The notes below the pieces were generated by a model. It was not told the origin of the DNA. It was given only the letters and a program-made list of their open reading frames with translations, and searched no databases. DNA of 64,000 nt from Chloroflexota bacterium (GTDB lineage Bacteria; Chloroflexota; Dehalococcoidia; UBA2979): NCBI GenBank assembly GCA_027593235.1, contig JAQCIU010000001.1, forward strand, positions 167,132 through 231,131. Reading direction: 5' to 3'. The translations under genes were made by a program, and so were the position numbers. This document shows, piece after piece, positions 17,941-27,412 of this stretch; the first letter of the stretch is position 1; each line of letters begins with the position of its first letter.

Positions 17941-18309
17941 GTGCTGCTGATCCTGGTCGCTGGCCCGCTGCGAGGCGGTACCGGCGATGACGAACGATTG
18001 ATCGAGGCGAATCTCGCGGCGATGACGAGCACCGCGCTCACGCTCGACCGGCGCGGCCACCTCCCGATGCTCGGTGAGTGGTTCAGCCTGCCGCTGATCG
18101 AAGCGGCCGGCTCCACCCGCATGGGCGACGACATCTACAACGAGATACAGCATCCGATCGCTGAGAAGCTCCTCACCAAGTGTGACGGCTGTCTGCGTAT
18201 CGGTGGTCCGTCGTCCGGCGCCGATCACATGGTTGCGACCGCCCTCGAGCTCGGCAAACCCGTCTGGTATTCAATCGACGACATCCCGGCCCCGTCGCCA
18301 GCCGCCTGA
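17941..18309 (+). CDS. Nucleoside 2-deoxyribosyltransferase-like (DUF4406-like) small protein
   Basis: LILVAGPLRG ... LLTKCDGCLRIGGPSSGADHMVATALELGKPVW resembles the family. The frame is GC3-rich and the start is GTG. The family call is tentative. Confidence 0.45.
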   Translation: MLLILVAGPLRGGTGDDERLIEANLAAMTSTALTLDRRGHLPMLGEWFSLPLIEAAGSTRMGDDIYNEIQHPIAEKLLTKCDGCLRIGGPSSGADHMVATALELGKPVWYSIDDIPAPSPAA

Positions 18310-18499
18310 TCGCGACCGGGGTACGCCCCCACTCTGACGAAACGTGCTCCCTGTGGCCGTCGCACATCAACGTTGTTTAGAGAAATCGACCCCAATCGCG
18401 GGCGATCTGACCTCGGAAGTCCGGATTCACCCGCTGGTTGTCACCGTCAGAGCGCGGAGACTGTAGTGTGTGCAAGCGGGGTTAGCAGAGGAAGGGCTG

Positions 18500-20809
18500 A
18501 TGTCACGTCAGCCGACGCGGCCTGACGCCGGCTGTTACCCGGATCCTCGAACCAGTTCGGCACCGGGCGTCTCCGAGACCGGTCTGAGCGGGTCGTTTCT
18601 GTGGCGACCGCATCCCACCACCAGCACGCCGGCCATGCCGTATATCCCCGGCCTGGATGGTCTACGCGCGATCGCCGTGATTGCCGTGCTGCTCTATCAC
18701 GCGCGCGACATCAGCGGCCTGCCCGGCCTGCTGCGTCCCTCCAGCGGCTTCCTCGGCGTCGAGGTCTTCTTCGTCATCTCCGGGTACTTGATCACCGCCT
18801 TGCTGCTGGGGGAGCACGCCCGCACCGGATCGGTGCGCCTCGGTAGCTTCTGGATCCGTCGCGCCCGTCGTCTGCTGCCGGCGCTCTATCTGCTGCTCGT
18901 CGGCCTGATCGCGGTGGTCGCCGTGTCCGGCGAGGGCGTCCGCTCGATCCGTGACGAATTGCTGGGCGCGGTCTTCTACGCCAGCAACTGGCTGCTGATC
19001 GTCCAGGACAGCTCGTACTTCGAGACGATCGGGCGGCCGTCGCTGTTGCAGCACCTCTGGTCGCTGGCGGTGGAAGAGCAGTTCTATCTCCTCTGGCCGC
19101 TGATCGTGTTCGTCGGTCTGCGTTGGCTCGGGCACCGCGCGCTCTTCACATTGACGGTCGGCGCCGCGACGGCAGCCACCGTGGTCGCCTGGATCCTCTT
19201 CGATCAGTTGCCGCAGTACGGCGACGTGACGGCGATCTACTACCGCACCGATGTTCGGGCCGGCGGTCTGCTGATCGGTGCGGCGTTCGCGTTCCTTTGG
19301 CGGCCGTGGGTCGCCTCGGAGTGGTCGGAGCCGGGCGCGCAGCCGCTTCGGCTGGGGCTGGACATCGTCGGTGCGGCCGCGCTGGTCGCCGTGGTGATCG
19401 CCCAGTACACGTTCACCGATCAGGTCGTCGACTGGGCGGCGAACCGCAAGCTCTATCACGCCGGATTCCTCTTCACCTCGGTCCCCACGATCTTGCTGAT
19501 CGTCGCGGTCGTCACGCCCGGCAGCCGGATCGGTCACGCGCTCGGCAACCGCGTCCTCCGCTGGATCGGCACCCGCTCCTACGCGCTCTATCTCTGGCAC
19601 TGGCCCGTCTACCAGCTCACCCGGCCGCGAGTGGACGTGGCCATCGATGGCTGGGCGTCGCTGCTGATCCGGCTGGCGATCACCGTCGCCCTCGCCGAGC
19701 TGTCGTACCGCCTGGTCGAGCAGCCGATCCGCCAGCGCCGACTCGGCCTCGCGTTCCGCCGCTTCGCGCCCGCACCACCGAGGCCGCGCGTATTCGCCTT
19801 CGCGGCGAACGCAACGGCCGTGGCAGCCGTCGCCGCGATCGCCCTCGCCCTCCCCGTCGTCACCCGCGGTGACAACGGAGGTGGCCCGCTGGCGCGCGCC
19901 GCCTCGTCCGAGGGCGCCACGCGCGCAATCGCGACCGCGCCGCTGCGAACCGTCGCGAACGAGCAATCACTCGCCGATCTGTCCCTGTCTGGCGCACCCC
20001 TGTCCGACGCACCGCTGCCCGGCGCGCCGCTGGCTGGCATCCCCGCCACCCCGCTCGCCGGTGTTGGCGACAGCGTCCCGGCGTCCGCTTGGACGCCTCC
20101 ATCGGCTGCCGGATCGCTCCCCTCGGCGACCGTCCGCGCGACACCAGTCACTGAGGTCGCGCCGTCGAACGAGGCGGCCCCATCGCCGACGGTCGTCGTC
20201 GAGCCACCAAGCGACACGTCCACCACGTCTGCGGTCTCTGGCCTCGTCAGCCCGGGGACGCCGGCATCCGGCCCGGCCGGGACCGACGCGCCGCCGGCCA
20301 GCTCCGACGAACCGCATCCGGTGCGAACCCCGAGCAGCGCGATCGCCACCATGACCGTCGTCGGCGACTCGGTCGTCCTCGGCGCCTCCACTGAGCTGGT
20401 CAAGATCGGCGAGGGGGTCAGCGTCTACGGGCAGGTCGGCCGGCAGTGGTGGCAGATCACCGCTGAGTTGCTGGACCTCGCCGAGAACGGGCTGCTCGCC
20501 GATGTCGTCGTGATCCAGCTCGGGAACAACGGCACGCTCACCCCTGAGATCTTCGACGAGGTGATGGCGATGCTGGTCGACGGGCGCGTCGTGCTCTTCG
20601 TCAACGTACGAGTGCCCAAGTCCTGGGAAGGCGACGTCAACGCCACCATCGCCGCCGGCGTCGCCCGCCACGCGCCCCGTGCTCGGCTGGCCGACTGGTA
20701 CGGCGCCTCCAACGGGCACCCCGAGTTTTTCCTCCCGGACGGCGTGCACCTGCTCGGCCCCGGCAGCGAAGCGCTCCGCGCGCTGATTGAGTCCGCCGTC
20801 GCGGACTAG
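18500..20809 (+). CDS. OafA/YrhL-type acyltransferase-3 membrane domain fused to a C-terminal SGNH hydrolase domain
   Basis: PGLDGLRAIAVIAVLLYHA and FLGVEVFFVISGYLIT mark the AT3 domain. The C terminus shows VVGDSVVLGA, QLGNNG and DGVHL (SGNH blocks). A GAGGAAGGG SD precedes ATG 18500. A long Pro/Ala/Ser linker joins the domains. Confidence 0.85.
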   Translation: MSRQPTRPDAGCYPDPRTSSAPGVSETGLSGSFLWRPHPTTSTPAMPYIPGLDGLRAIAVIAVLLYHARDISGLPGLLRPSSGFLGVEVFFVISGYLITALLLGEHARTGSVRLGSFWIRRARRLLPALYLLLVGLIAVVAVSGEGVRSIRDELLGAVFYASNWLLIVQDSSYFETIGRPSLLQHLWSLAVEEQFYLLWPLIVFVGLRWLGHRALFTLTVGAATAATVVAWILFDQLPQYGDVTAIYYRTDVRAGGLLIGAAFAFLWRPWVASEWSEPGAQPLRLGLDIVGAAALVAVVIAQYTFTDQVVDWAANRKLYHAGFLFTSVPTILLIVAVVTPGSRIGHALGNRVLRWIGTRSYALYLWHWPVYQLTRPRVDVAIDGWASLLIRLAITVALAELSYRLVEQPIRQRRLGLAFRRFAPAPPRPRVFAFAANATAVAAVAAIALALPVVTRGDNGGGPLARAASSEGATRAIATAPLRTVANEQSLADLSLSGAPLSDAPLPGAPLAGIPATPLAGVGDSVPASAWTPPSAAGSLPSATVRATPVTEVAPSNEAAPSPTVVVEPPSDTSTTSAVSGLVSPGTPASGPAGTDAPPASSDEPHPVRTPSSAIATMTVVGDSVVLGASTELVKIGEGVSVYGQVGRQWWQITAELLDLAENGLLADVVVIQLGNNGTLTPEIFDEVMAMLVDGRVVLFVNVRVPKSWEGDVNATIAAGVARHAPRARLADWYGASNGHPEFFLPDGVHLLGPGSEALRALIESAVAD

Positions 20810-21118
20810 TGCTCGGTCGGCGATCCGCCGTCCTACACGCCGCCCGCCCCGTCGCAGACGCGCGCGCGCCCCTCGAGGGCTGCCGGGCGCCGCCATCGCG
20901 CACGCCGCGACCGACCACCGAGGCGTGCGTGTTGATCGTTCGCGATCGTGTCTGAACGCATCACAGAACGTTCATATGCCGGGCAGACCCGCCGCCTCGG
21001 ACGGAATCTACGAAGCGCCACGCCAATACCAACGGCGACCACGATCCGTGCGCCGCATGCGCGGTCTACGGTCGGTGGCAACCGCTCCTGCCCCTGGAGA
21101 AACGCAAGGGGACAGACA

Positions 21119-23059
21119 ATGTCCAAGACCTCGAAGCGCCCGGCTGACCGGGCGATCACGGAGCGGCAAGCCGCGCGGCTGAAGGGAACCGTCGGGATCG
21201 CGGCGGAGAAGCTCGCCGGACTCACGGTCGCGGAGATCAACGAACTGCTCGTCGGCCGGGTGCGGCCGGAGCTGCTCTGGTACCGCGAGATCTGCGGCAC
21301 CGTGGTCAAGCGTGATCCGATGACCGGAGAGCTGCACCCGGTGCCAGGCGCCACCGTCGAGGTGCAGGACACCGACTGCTCCTTCCTCAGCTACTACCCC
21401 GGTGGCGGTCTGGTCTGGCTCTTCCCCGGGCTCTGTACCCGCGAGACGATCGCCACCGTCACCACCGATGCGTGCGGGAACTTCTGCGTGCTGGTGCCGC
21501 GCTGGGAGATCGACCGCGTCCTGAAGTGGCGCAAGGAGCGGATCTGCTTCCCGCTCGAACGGCCCCGGCTCGCCGACGTGATCGATCCGGTGCTGCTCGA
21601 TCCGCCTCGCCCGCCGGTCGATCCGGGCTGGATCGATCCGGTGCCGGAGATCCGGCTCCGCGATCAGCTCGTCGAACGGCTCGGGCCCGGCGCGGCGGAT
21701 CGGATTGGCCTGGCGCGCGCCCTCGGGCAGGCGGGGCGCTCGCTCGCCGGCTACGAACGGCTGCTCGCGGAGCCGCTGGCACCGACGCCACCGCCGCGGC
21801 CGGCGCTCAGCCCGAAAGAGGTGATCGGCTACATGCCCGATCCGCTCGGGCCGGTGGAGTGGGACCGCTGGGTCGGCCCCTTCCAGATCTGTCGCGACTA
21901 CTTCGTCCCGCAGTGGTCCTGGCAGATCGATGTGCCGGATATCACCTTCCGCGTCACCCAGGAGATCGGTGGCTCCGAGGTGGTGATCTACTCCGAGGGC
22001 CTGTTCGACGTCCGCTGGGACGACACCGGCTCCGGTGAGGCGGTGCTGGAGACCTCGCAGGTCGCGTCCGCCGTCGACATCTGCGGCGGCCCCGAGGTCG
22101 CCTGCGGGACGACGCCCGCGATCACGGCCGCATCGCTGATGCCGCTGGTCGCCGGCTACCACGGCGCCGATGGCTACGGGCAGCGCGTGAACCGACCGAG
22201 TGCGGACGGTGCAGCCGCACCAACGCTCCCGCTGATCCCCGACGCGGAGTCCCCGATCGCGGATCGACTGGACCTCTTCGGCTGCGCACACATCGAGGGT
22301 GCGACCCACTACCGGCTGGTCTTCGAGTTCGCCGGCGGGCCGCGTCAACCGCTGACCGGCTTCTCCTGGCCCGTGCGCCGCGCCTCGGACGGGGCGGTGA
22401 TCACCGTCGCACCGGATGCCGATGGCTGGATCGCGCTCCAGGATTTGCTGCCGCCGTGGGATCACCTGCTGGCCGCTTGGCCAACGCAGCACCCGCCGTT
22501 CGGCAACGGCAGCTACCAGCTCTGGCTGGAGACCGGCGCGCCCGGCGGTACCAGCAACCGCCTCAGCCCGCCCGTCACATTCGAGGTCGACAACACCTAC
22601 CCCCACTGGGACCGCTTCGACGTCGAGTTCCGGCGCGGCGGCGGCGCGTGGACGGCCCTCGACCTCGCGGACTGCCCGCAGATCACGCGCAATCCTGGTC
22701 AGACCGTCGATGTCCGCCTCACCTGGCAGGCGGGCGCGGATCACCTGCGCAGCGCCAGCGTCGGGTTCGGTGGCTGCTCGACGGCCTCGCAGCCGGCGCT
22801 CGATGGGGCGGTCAACGCCGTCGCGTGGTGGTGGCGCTCGGCGGTCGGCTCGAAGACCTCGAGTGGTGCACGGGTTGCCCAGTGGCGGATCGATCCGACG
22901 GACGCCGCCGGCTGCTACACGCTGTCCGGCACCACGGTCGGCCGGGCGTACAACCCGGCGGTCCCCGGCCTCGATCTGTCGGACGACTACTTCGGCCTCG
23001 AGGCCCGGCGTCAGGTCCACAAGCGGGAGGCGATCTCGATCGTCGACGTCGGGGCGTAA
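21119..23059 (+). CDS. Hypothetical protein, 646 aa, Cys/Trp-rich, no family recognised
   Basis: The frame is GC3-rich with balanced amino-acid composition, and an AAGGGGA SD precedes ATG 21119. The only hint is a CarboxypepD_reg-like motif (GTVVKRDPMTGELHPVPGATVEVQDTD ... TTDACGNFCVLVP). Confidence 0.75.
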   Translation: MSKTSKRPADRAITERQAARLKGTVGIAAEKLAGLTVAEINELLVGRVRPELLWYREICGTVVKRDPMTGELHPVPGATVEVQDTDCSFLSYYPGGGLVWLFPGLCTRETIATVTTDACGNFCVLVPRWEIDRVLKWRKERICFPLERPRLADVIDPVLLDPPRPPVDPGWIDPVPEIRLRDQLVERLGPGAADRIGLARALGQAGRSLAGYERLLAEPLAPTPPPRPALSPKEVIGYMPDPLGPVEWDRWVGPFQICRDYFVPQWSWQIDVPDITFRVTQEIGGSEVVIYSEGLFDVRWDDTGSGEAVLETSQVASAVDICGGPEVACGTTPAITAASLMPLVAGYHGADGYGQRVNRPSADGAAAPTLPLIPDAESPIADRLDLFGCAHIEGATHYRLVFEFAGGPRQPLTGFSWPVRRASDGAVITVAPDADGWIALQDLLPPWDHLLAAWPTQHPPFGNGSYQLWLETGAPGGTSNRLSPPVTFEVDNTYPHWDRFDVEFRRGGGAWTALDLADCPQITRNPGQTVDVRLTWQAGADHLRSASVGFGGCSTASQPALDGAVNAVAWWWRSAVGSKTSSGARVAQWRIDPTDAAGCYTLSGTTVGRAYNPAVPGLDLSDDYFGLEARRQVHKREAISIVDVGA

Positions 23060-23093
23060 GGCGCGACGTCTCACCAGCTCGCCGGCCGGCGCC

Positions 23094-23111
23094 CGAGGGC
23101 GTACGCCCTCG
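23094..23111. terminator. Perfect 18-nt palindrome CGAGGGCGTACGCCCTCG between convergent genes
   Basis: Read directly, 35 nt after the stop at 23057-23059. There is no U-tract. Confidence 0.45.
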
Positions 23112-23185
23112 AAAGCGTCGCACCGGTCCCCGCTCGCTTCCGGTCCCCGCCAGGACCGGGGGCGGCCGCCTTCGGCGGGACGGGT

Positions 23186-23217
23186 GGAAGGGTCGCCCCC
23201 ACACGGGCGGCCCTTCC
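23186..23217 (-). terminator. 13-bp stem hairpin (GGAAGGGTCGCCC/GGGCGGCCCTTCC) downstream of the monooxygenase gene
   Basis: Read directly. The stem has one G-U pair and a 6-nt loop, 16 nt beyond the stop at 23233-23235. Confidence 0.45.
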
Positions 23218-23232
23218 GCTCATTGCGGCGTC

Positions 23233-24738
23233 CTAGCCGTACACAAACTCCGGCCCATCGAGGTCGATCGCCGGAATCTCGTCCTTCTCGCGCCAGTAGT
23301 CCTGCGTGTGCTGCCACTCCGGCTTGTCGCCACGCTTCGGGAGCAGGTGCATCGCGCGCATCAGGTACCCGGGGTTGAAGTTCTCCGGGTCGATCCACGG
23401 CAGCAGCTTCATGTCCTGGTCTTCCGCGCGGAGCTGGACGTCGACGCGGTGGGCGTCTCGCTCTTCCATGTGCGCGAGCAGCCGGCAGACGAAGTCGGCG
23501 AGCAGATCGGCGCGCAGCGTCCAGCTTGCTCGGAAGTAACCGAACACCCAGAGCAGGTTCGGCACCCCGGTGAACATCATCCCGCGGTAGTTCACCGTGT
23601 CCGCGAAGTTCACCGGCTCGCCGTCGATTGCGAAGTCGATGTCCCCGAGCACGTTCATGTTGAAGCCGGTCGCCGTCACGATGATGTCGGCTTCCAGTTC
23701 CTCGCCGGACTTCAGCAGGATGCCCCGCGGGGTGAATCGCTCGATGTGGTCGGTGACCACCGAGGCCTTGCCCGCCTTGATGCCCTTGAAGAGATCGCCG
23801 TCGGGGACGACGGCGATGCGTTGTCGCCACGGCCGGTAGCTCGGTGTGAAGTGCGTCTCGATGTCGTAGTCGTCCGGCAGGTGCGCGCGAACGCCCGCCA
23901 GCAGCTCGCTCTTCACCTTCTCGGGTTCCTCGAAGGCTCGCTTCGTGAAGATCGCCTGGTCGTGCAAGATCTGGCGGCGGACGATCTCGTGGATCCAGGT
24001 CTCGTCGATGTCCAGTTCGCGCAGCGTCTCCGCCAGGTCATTCCGGTTGCGACCCGGGATGAAGTAGGTCGGCGAGCGCTGGAGCACTGTCACGTGCTCG
24101 CACTCGGCGGCGATCGCCGGCACCACCGTCGCCGTCGTCGCGCCTGAGCCGATCACCACGACGCGCTTGCCGGCGTAGTTCAAATCCTTCGGCCAGGTCT
24201 GCGGGTGGATGATCTCGCCCTGGAAGTCTTCAATGCCCGGCCACTCGGGCGTGTAGCCCTCGGAGTGGCGGTAGTAGCCCTGGCACATCCAGAGGAAGTT
24301 CGCGGTGAACCGGGCCACCGTGTCGCTGTCGCTGCGCGTCGCCTCGATCGTCCAGCGGTTGTCCGCGCTTGACCACGTCGCCGAGGTGATGCGGTGGTTG
24401 TAGCGGATGTACTGGGCGAGGTCGTTCTCCTCGATCACCTCGCCCATGTAGCTGAGGATCTCGTCGGCGGTGGCGATCGGCGGGCCGACCCACGGCTTGA
24501 AGCGGTACCCGAACGTGTGCAGGTCGCTGTCGGAGCGGATGCCCGGGTAGCGGTGTGTCCACCACGTGCCACCGAAGCTATCGAGGCTGTCCAACACCAC
24601 GAAGCTCGTGCCGGGGCGCTGCTGCGTCAGGTGGTAGGCGCCACCGACGCCGGAGATTCCGGCGCCCACGATCAACACGTCGAAGTGCTCGGTGGTTACG
24701 CCGTCGGTGGTTGCTGGGACCGCTGCGGTTGTCGTCAT
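23233..24738 (-). CDS. Flavin-dependent (Baeyer-Villiger/FMO-type, EthA-like) monooxygenase
   Basis: VLIVGAGISGVGGAYHL is the FAD-binding GxGxxG motif. FQGEIIHPQTWP is the FxGxxxHxxxWP fingerprint. A second Rossmann motif is VVVIGSGATTATV. Confidence 0.85.
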   Translation of the reverse strand: MTTTAAVPATTDGVTTEHFDVLIVGAGISGVGGAYHLTQQRPGTSFVVLDSLDSFGGTWWTHRYPGIRSDSDLHTFGYRFKPWVGPPIATADEILSYMGEVIEENDLAQYIRYNHRITSATWSSADNRWTIEATRSDSDTVARFTANFLWMCQGYYRHSEGYTPEWPGIEDFQGEIIHPQTWPKDLNYAGKRVVVIGSGATTATVVPAIAAECEHVTVLQRSPTYFIPGRNRNDLAETLRELDIDETWIHEIVRRQILHDQAIFTKRAFEEPEKVKSELLAGVRAHLPDDYDIETHFTPSYRPWRQRIAVVPDGDLFKGIKAGKASVVTDHIERFTPRGILLKSGEELEADIIVTATGFNMNVLGDIDFAIDGEPVNFADTVNYRGMMFTGVPNLLWVFGYFRASWTLRADLLADFVCRLLAHMEERDAHRVDVQLRAEDQDMKLLPWIDPENFNPGYLMRAMHLLPKRGDKPEWQHTQDYWREKDEIPAIDLDGPEFVYG

Positions 24739-24889
24739 CGATCTTCACCCATCCTCGGGCGATGAACGTCGTCGCCCCGCGGGATGGTGCCACCGTTGGT
24801 CCCCCTAGGCCAAGGCCAGAGGTGAGTGAGTGTCAGGGACGATCGGCCCCGCCCCTCCGGGCCTTCGCTCGGACGGCGGGTCGGTTTCC

Positions 24890-25474
24890 CTAGTCGGAAG
24901 CCAGCGCACGCCCGACGATCGCGGCGGCCTCCTCCGAGAGCTTGAGCTGCAGCGCGACCGCGTGTCCGGCGTCGCTCATCTTCGTCCAGGTCCGCCGCAG
25001 CGCCCGCATGAGCTGGTCGTCGCTGACCGACGGCGCGAAGTCCGCTAACCGCAGCTCGAGGAAGGCGAGGCTGACGGCGTCTTCGTAGCTCTGCGCGTCC
25101 GCGTCGGTCTTGATCCCGCCCTTGCCCATGAGGCGACCCGCCTCGGCGATGTCGTCCTCGCCGTACCCCGCCGCTCGCATCAGCTCGCCGAGGGCGGTCG
25201 CGTGGAACGCGTACAGGCGGCCGCGCCAGGCGTGGTAGCCGGCCCGCGTGCGCGGGTAGGAGTCGCGCGGCACCTCCCAGCGTCGGAGGTGATGGGCGCG
25301 CGCGGCGAGCCGCAGCACCTCGGGGACGTCGGGGCGGAGCTGATCGAGCCAGTGCTGCGCCCGTTCGCCCTCGATTCCCGCGCGCGGGCGGGCGACACCA
25401 TCGAGGTGAATCGAGTCCGGATCGCCAGCGTTTGCTGCGTCGATTGCGTCTGTGGTGGTGGTGAAGCGGGTCAT
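24890..25474 (-). CDS. DUF4202 domain protein
   Basis: AIDAANAGDP ... LRLAARAHHLRRWEVPRDSYPRTRAGYHAWR ... LAFLELRLADF ... RTWTKMSDAGH matches my recollection of DUF4202. Start is ATG 25474. Confidence 0.65.
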   Translation of the reverse strand: MTRFTTTTDAIDAANAGDPDSIHLDGVARPRAGIEGERAQHWLDQLRPDVPEVLRLAARAHHLRRWEVPRDSYPRTRAGYHAWRGRLYAFHATALGELMRAAGYGEDDIAEAGRLMGKGGIKTDADAQSYEDAVSLAFLELRLADFAPSVSDDQLMRALRRTWTKMSDAGHAVALQLKLSEEAAAIVGRALASD

Positions 25475-25492
25475 GAGTTCCAATACTTGACG

Positions 25493-25515
25493 TTGTTGAT
25501 CGATTAATTCAACAA
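25493..25515. promoter_or_regulatory. Inverted repeat TTGTTGA-N9-TCAACAA in the AT-rich divergent region between the DUF4202 gene and sir
   Basis: Read directly. ATCGATT occurs inside the spacer and again at 25540-25546. TTGACG lies at 25488-25493. Confidence 0.4.
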
Positions 25516-25603
25516 TAGGCACGTTCACACGACCGAGCAATCGATTCAGCCTGCCATGGACCGCTCCACGTGCGGTTGCCGTCAGTCACCAGAGGGAAGC
25601 CCG

Positions 25604-27412
25604 ATGACCACAGCCGAGCGTTCGACCGTCTCCTACACGAACGACCCCGGTCGGGTGATTCCGATCATCGAAGAGGAGTTCGCGGACTTCGAAACCGAGG
25701 CGACCGCCTTCCTCGACGGCCAGCGGGAGGAGCGGCAGTTCATTGGCTTCCGCCTCAAGCAGGGCGTCTACGGGCAGCGGCAGGCGGACCGCCAGATGAT
25801 GCGCGTGAAGCTGCCGTTCGGCGGCGTCACCGCCGACCAGCTCGACGCCTTCGCCGTGATCGCCGAGGACTACGCACCGCTCGGCAAGGGCCACATCACC
25901 ACCCGCGAGAACTTCCAGTTCCACCACATCCCCCTCGTGCGATCGGTCGAGGCGCTGCGCCTCCTCGGCGACGCCGGCCTCTCCACCCGCGAGGCCTGCG
26001 GCAACGTCGTTCGCAACGTCACCGGCGACCCCTGGGCCGGCATCCGCAGCGACGAGCCGTTCGACATCACGCCCTACGCCGGCGCGTTCATTCGCTACTG
26101 GGTGCGCAACCCGCTGACGCAACTCCTGCCTCGGAAGTTCAAGGTCACCTTCTCGGGCTCCGACCAGGACGAGGCGTTGGCGACGATCCACGACATCGGC
26201 TTCATCCCGAAAATTCAGGTGATCGACGGCCAGCAGGTGAAGGGCTTCAAGCTCGTCACCGGCGGCGGTCTCTCGACGATGGCCCGCGAGGGCGTCGTCC
26301 TCTACGAATTCGTACCGGTCTCCGATTTCCTCCGTGTGTCGCACGCGATCCTCCGGATCTTCCAGGCGGCCGATGAACTGCGGAAGAACCTCGCCAAGGC
26401 GCGCATGAAGTTCCTCGTTCACCGGCTCGGCGAGGAGGGCTGGCGCGCCCGCGTCGACGAGGAGTTGCAGGGCGACTGGGCGAAGAGCGACGAGTTCGAC
26501 CCGGAGAAGCTCCTCTACGTCGACGACGAGCAGGCCGATGCCCCGGGCCTCGACGTCACCGGCACCGCGGTCCCCGATAGCGACCGCGCGGCCTTCGAGG
26601 CCTGGGCGTCCACCTCCGTCCGCCAGCAGAAGCAGGCGGGCTACGTCGCGATCGAGCTGCGCGTCCCGCAGGGCGACCTCAACCCGGCGCAGTTCCGAGG
26701 CCTCGCCGAGATCACGAGGAAGTACGGCGCCAGCCGCGCCCGTGCCACCCAGTGGCAGAACCTCGTGCTGCGCTGGGTCCCGGAGCAGTGGGCCTACGAC
26801 GTCTACCAGGCGCTCGGCGCGTTGGGCCTCGATGGCCGCGGCGCGCGCGAGATCGAGGACATGGTCTCCTGCCCCGGTACCGACTCCTGCAAGCTCGGCA
26901 TCACCTCGTCGATGGGCCTCAACCGTGCGATCGGCGAGAAGCTCGCCACGCTGAACGTGGTCGACCCGCTGACCCGCAAGATCCAGCTCAACGCCAGCGG
27001 CTGCCCCAACTCGTGCGGCATGCACCACCTCGGGAACATCGGGTTCCACGGGGCGTCGATCAAGGCGGCCAACAACCCGGATCGCCAGGTGCCCTCGTAC
27101 AACGTCTTCGTCGGCGGCAGTCGAAAAGACGGCGCGAGCCTGCGGCTGGGCCAGATCCTGAAGCTGAAGATCCCGGCCAAACGCGCCCCCGAGGTCGTCG
27201 AGCGCTTCATCGCCCTCTACGAGCGCGAGCGCACCGCTGGCGAGGAGTTCAACGACACCCTGGATCGCGTCGGCGCGAAGACCTTCGAAGACGAGATCCG
27301 CGACCTCTCCATCGCGCCGGACTTCGCCCCGACCGATATCCAGGAGTTCATCGACTGGGAGCGTGAGGCGCTCTACGTGCTCGAGCGAGGCGAAGGCGAG
27401 TGTGCCGTCTAG
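25604..27412 (+). CDS. sir: Ferredoxin-dependent sulfite reductase (NirA/Sir hemoprotein family)
   Basis: MMRVKLPFGGVTADQLDAFA marks the NIR_SIR repeat. The siroheme/4Fe-4S Cys cluster is SCPGTDSCKLG ... ASGCPNSCGMHH. An AGAGGGAAG SD precedes ATG 25604. The adjacent cysH supports sulfite rather than nitrite as substrate. Confidence 0.8.
   Translation: MTTAERSTVSYTNDPGRVIPIIEEEFADFETEATAFLDGQREERQFIGFRLKQGVYGQRQADRQMMRVKLPFGGVTADQLDAFAVIAEDYAPLGKGHITTRENFQFHHIPLVRSVEALRLLGDAGLSTREACGNVVRNVTGDPWAGIRSDEPFDITPYAGAFIRYWVRNPLTQLLPRKFKVTFSGSDQDEALATIHDIGFIPKIQVIDGQQVKGFKLVTGGGLSTMAREGVVLYEFVPVSDFLRVSHAILRIFQAADELRKNLAKARMKFLVHRLGEEGWRARVDEELQGDWAKSDEFDPEKLLYVDDEQADAPGLDVTGTAVPDSDRAAFEAWASTSVRQQKQAGYVAIELRVPQGDLNPAQFRGLAEITRKYGASRARATQWQNLVLRWVPEQWAYDVYQALGALGLDGRGAREIEDMVSCPGTDSCKLGITSSMGLNRAIGEKLATLNVVDPLTRKIQLNASGCPNSCGMHHLGNIGFHGASIKAANNPDRQVPSYNVFVGGSRKDGASLRLGQILKLKIPAKRAPEVVERFIALYERERTAGEEFNDTLDRVGAKTFEDEIRDLSIAPDFAPTDIQEFIDWEREALYVLERGEGECAV

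Noticed and set aside
21008-23830. A 940-aa minus-strand ORF, the longest in the track.
   Set aside because: It is Arg/Gly/Pro/Ala-rich with no motifs. It is antisense to the GC3-rich 646-aa plus-strand gene and out of frame with the well-supported monooxygenase gene. This is a typical stop-codon-poor shadow ORF in GC-rich DNA.
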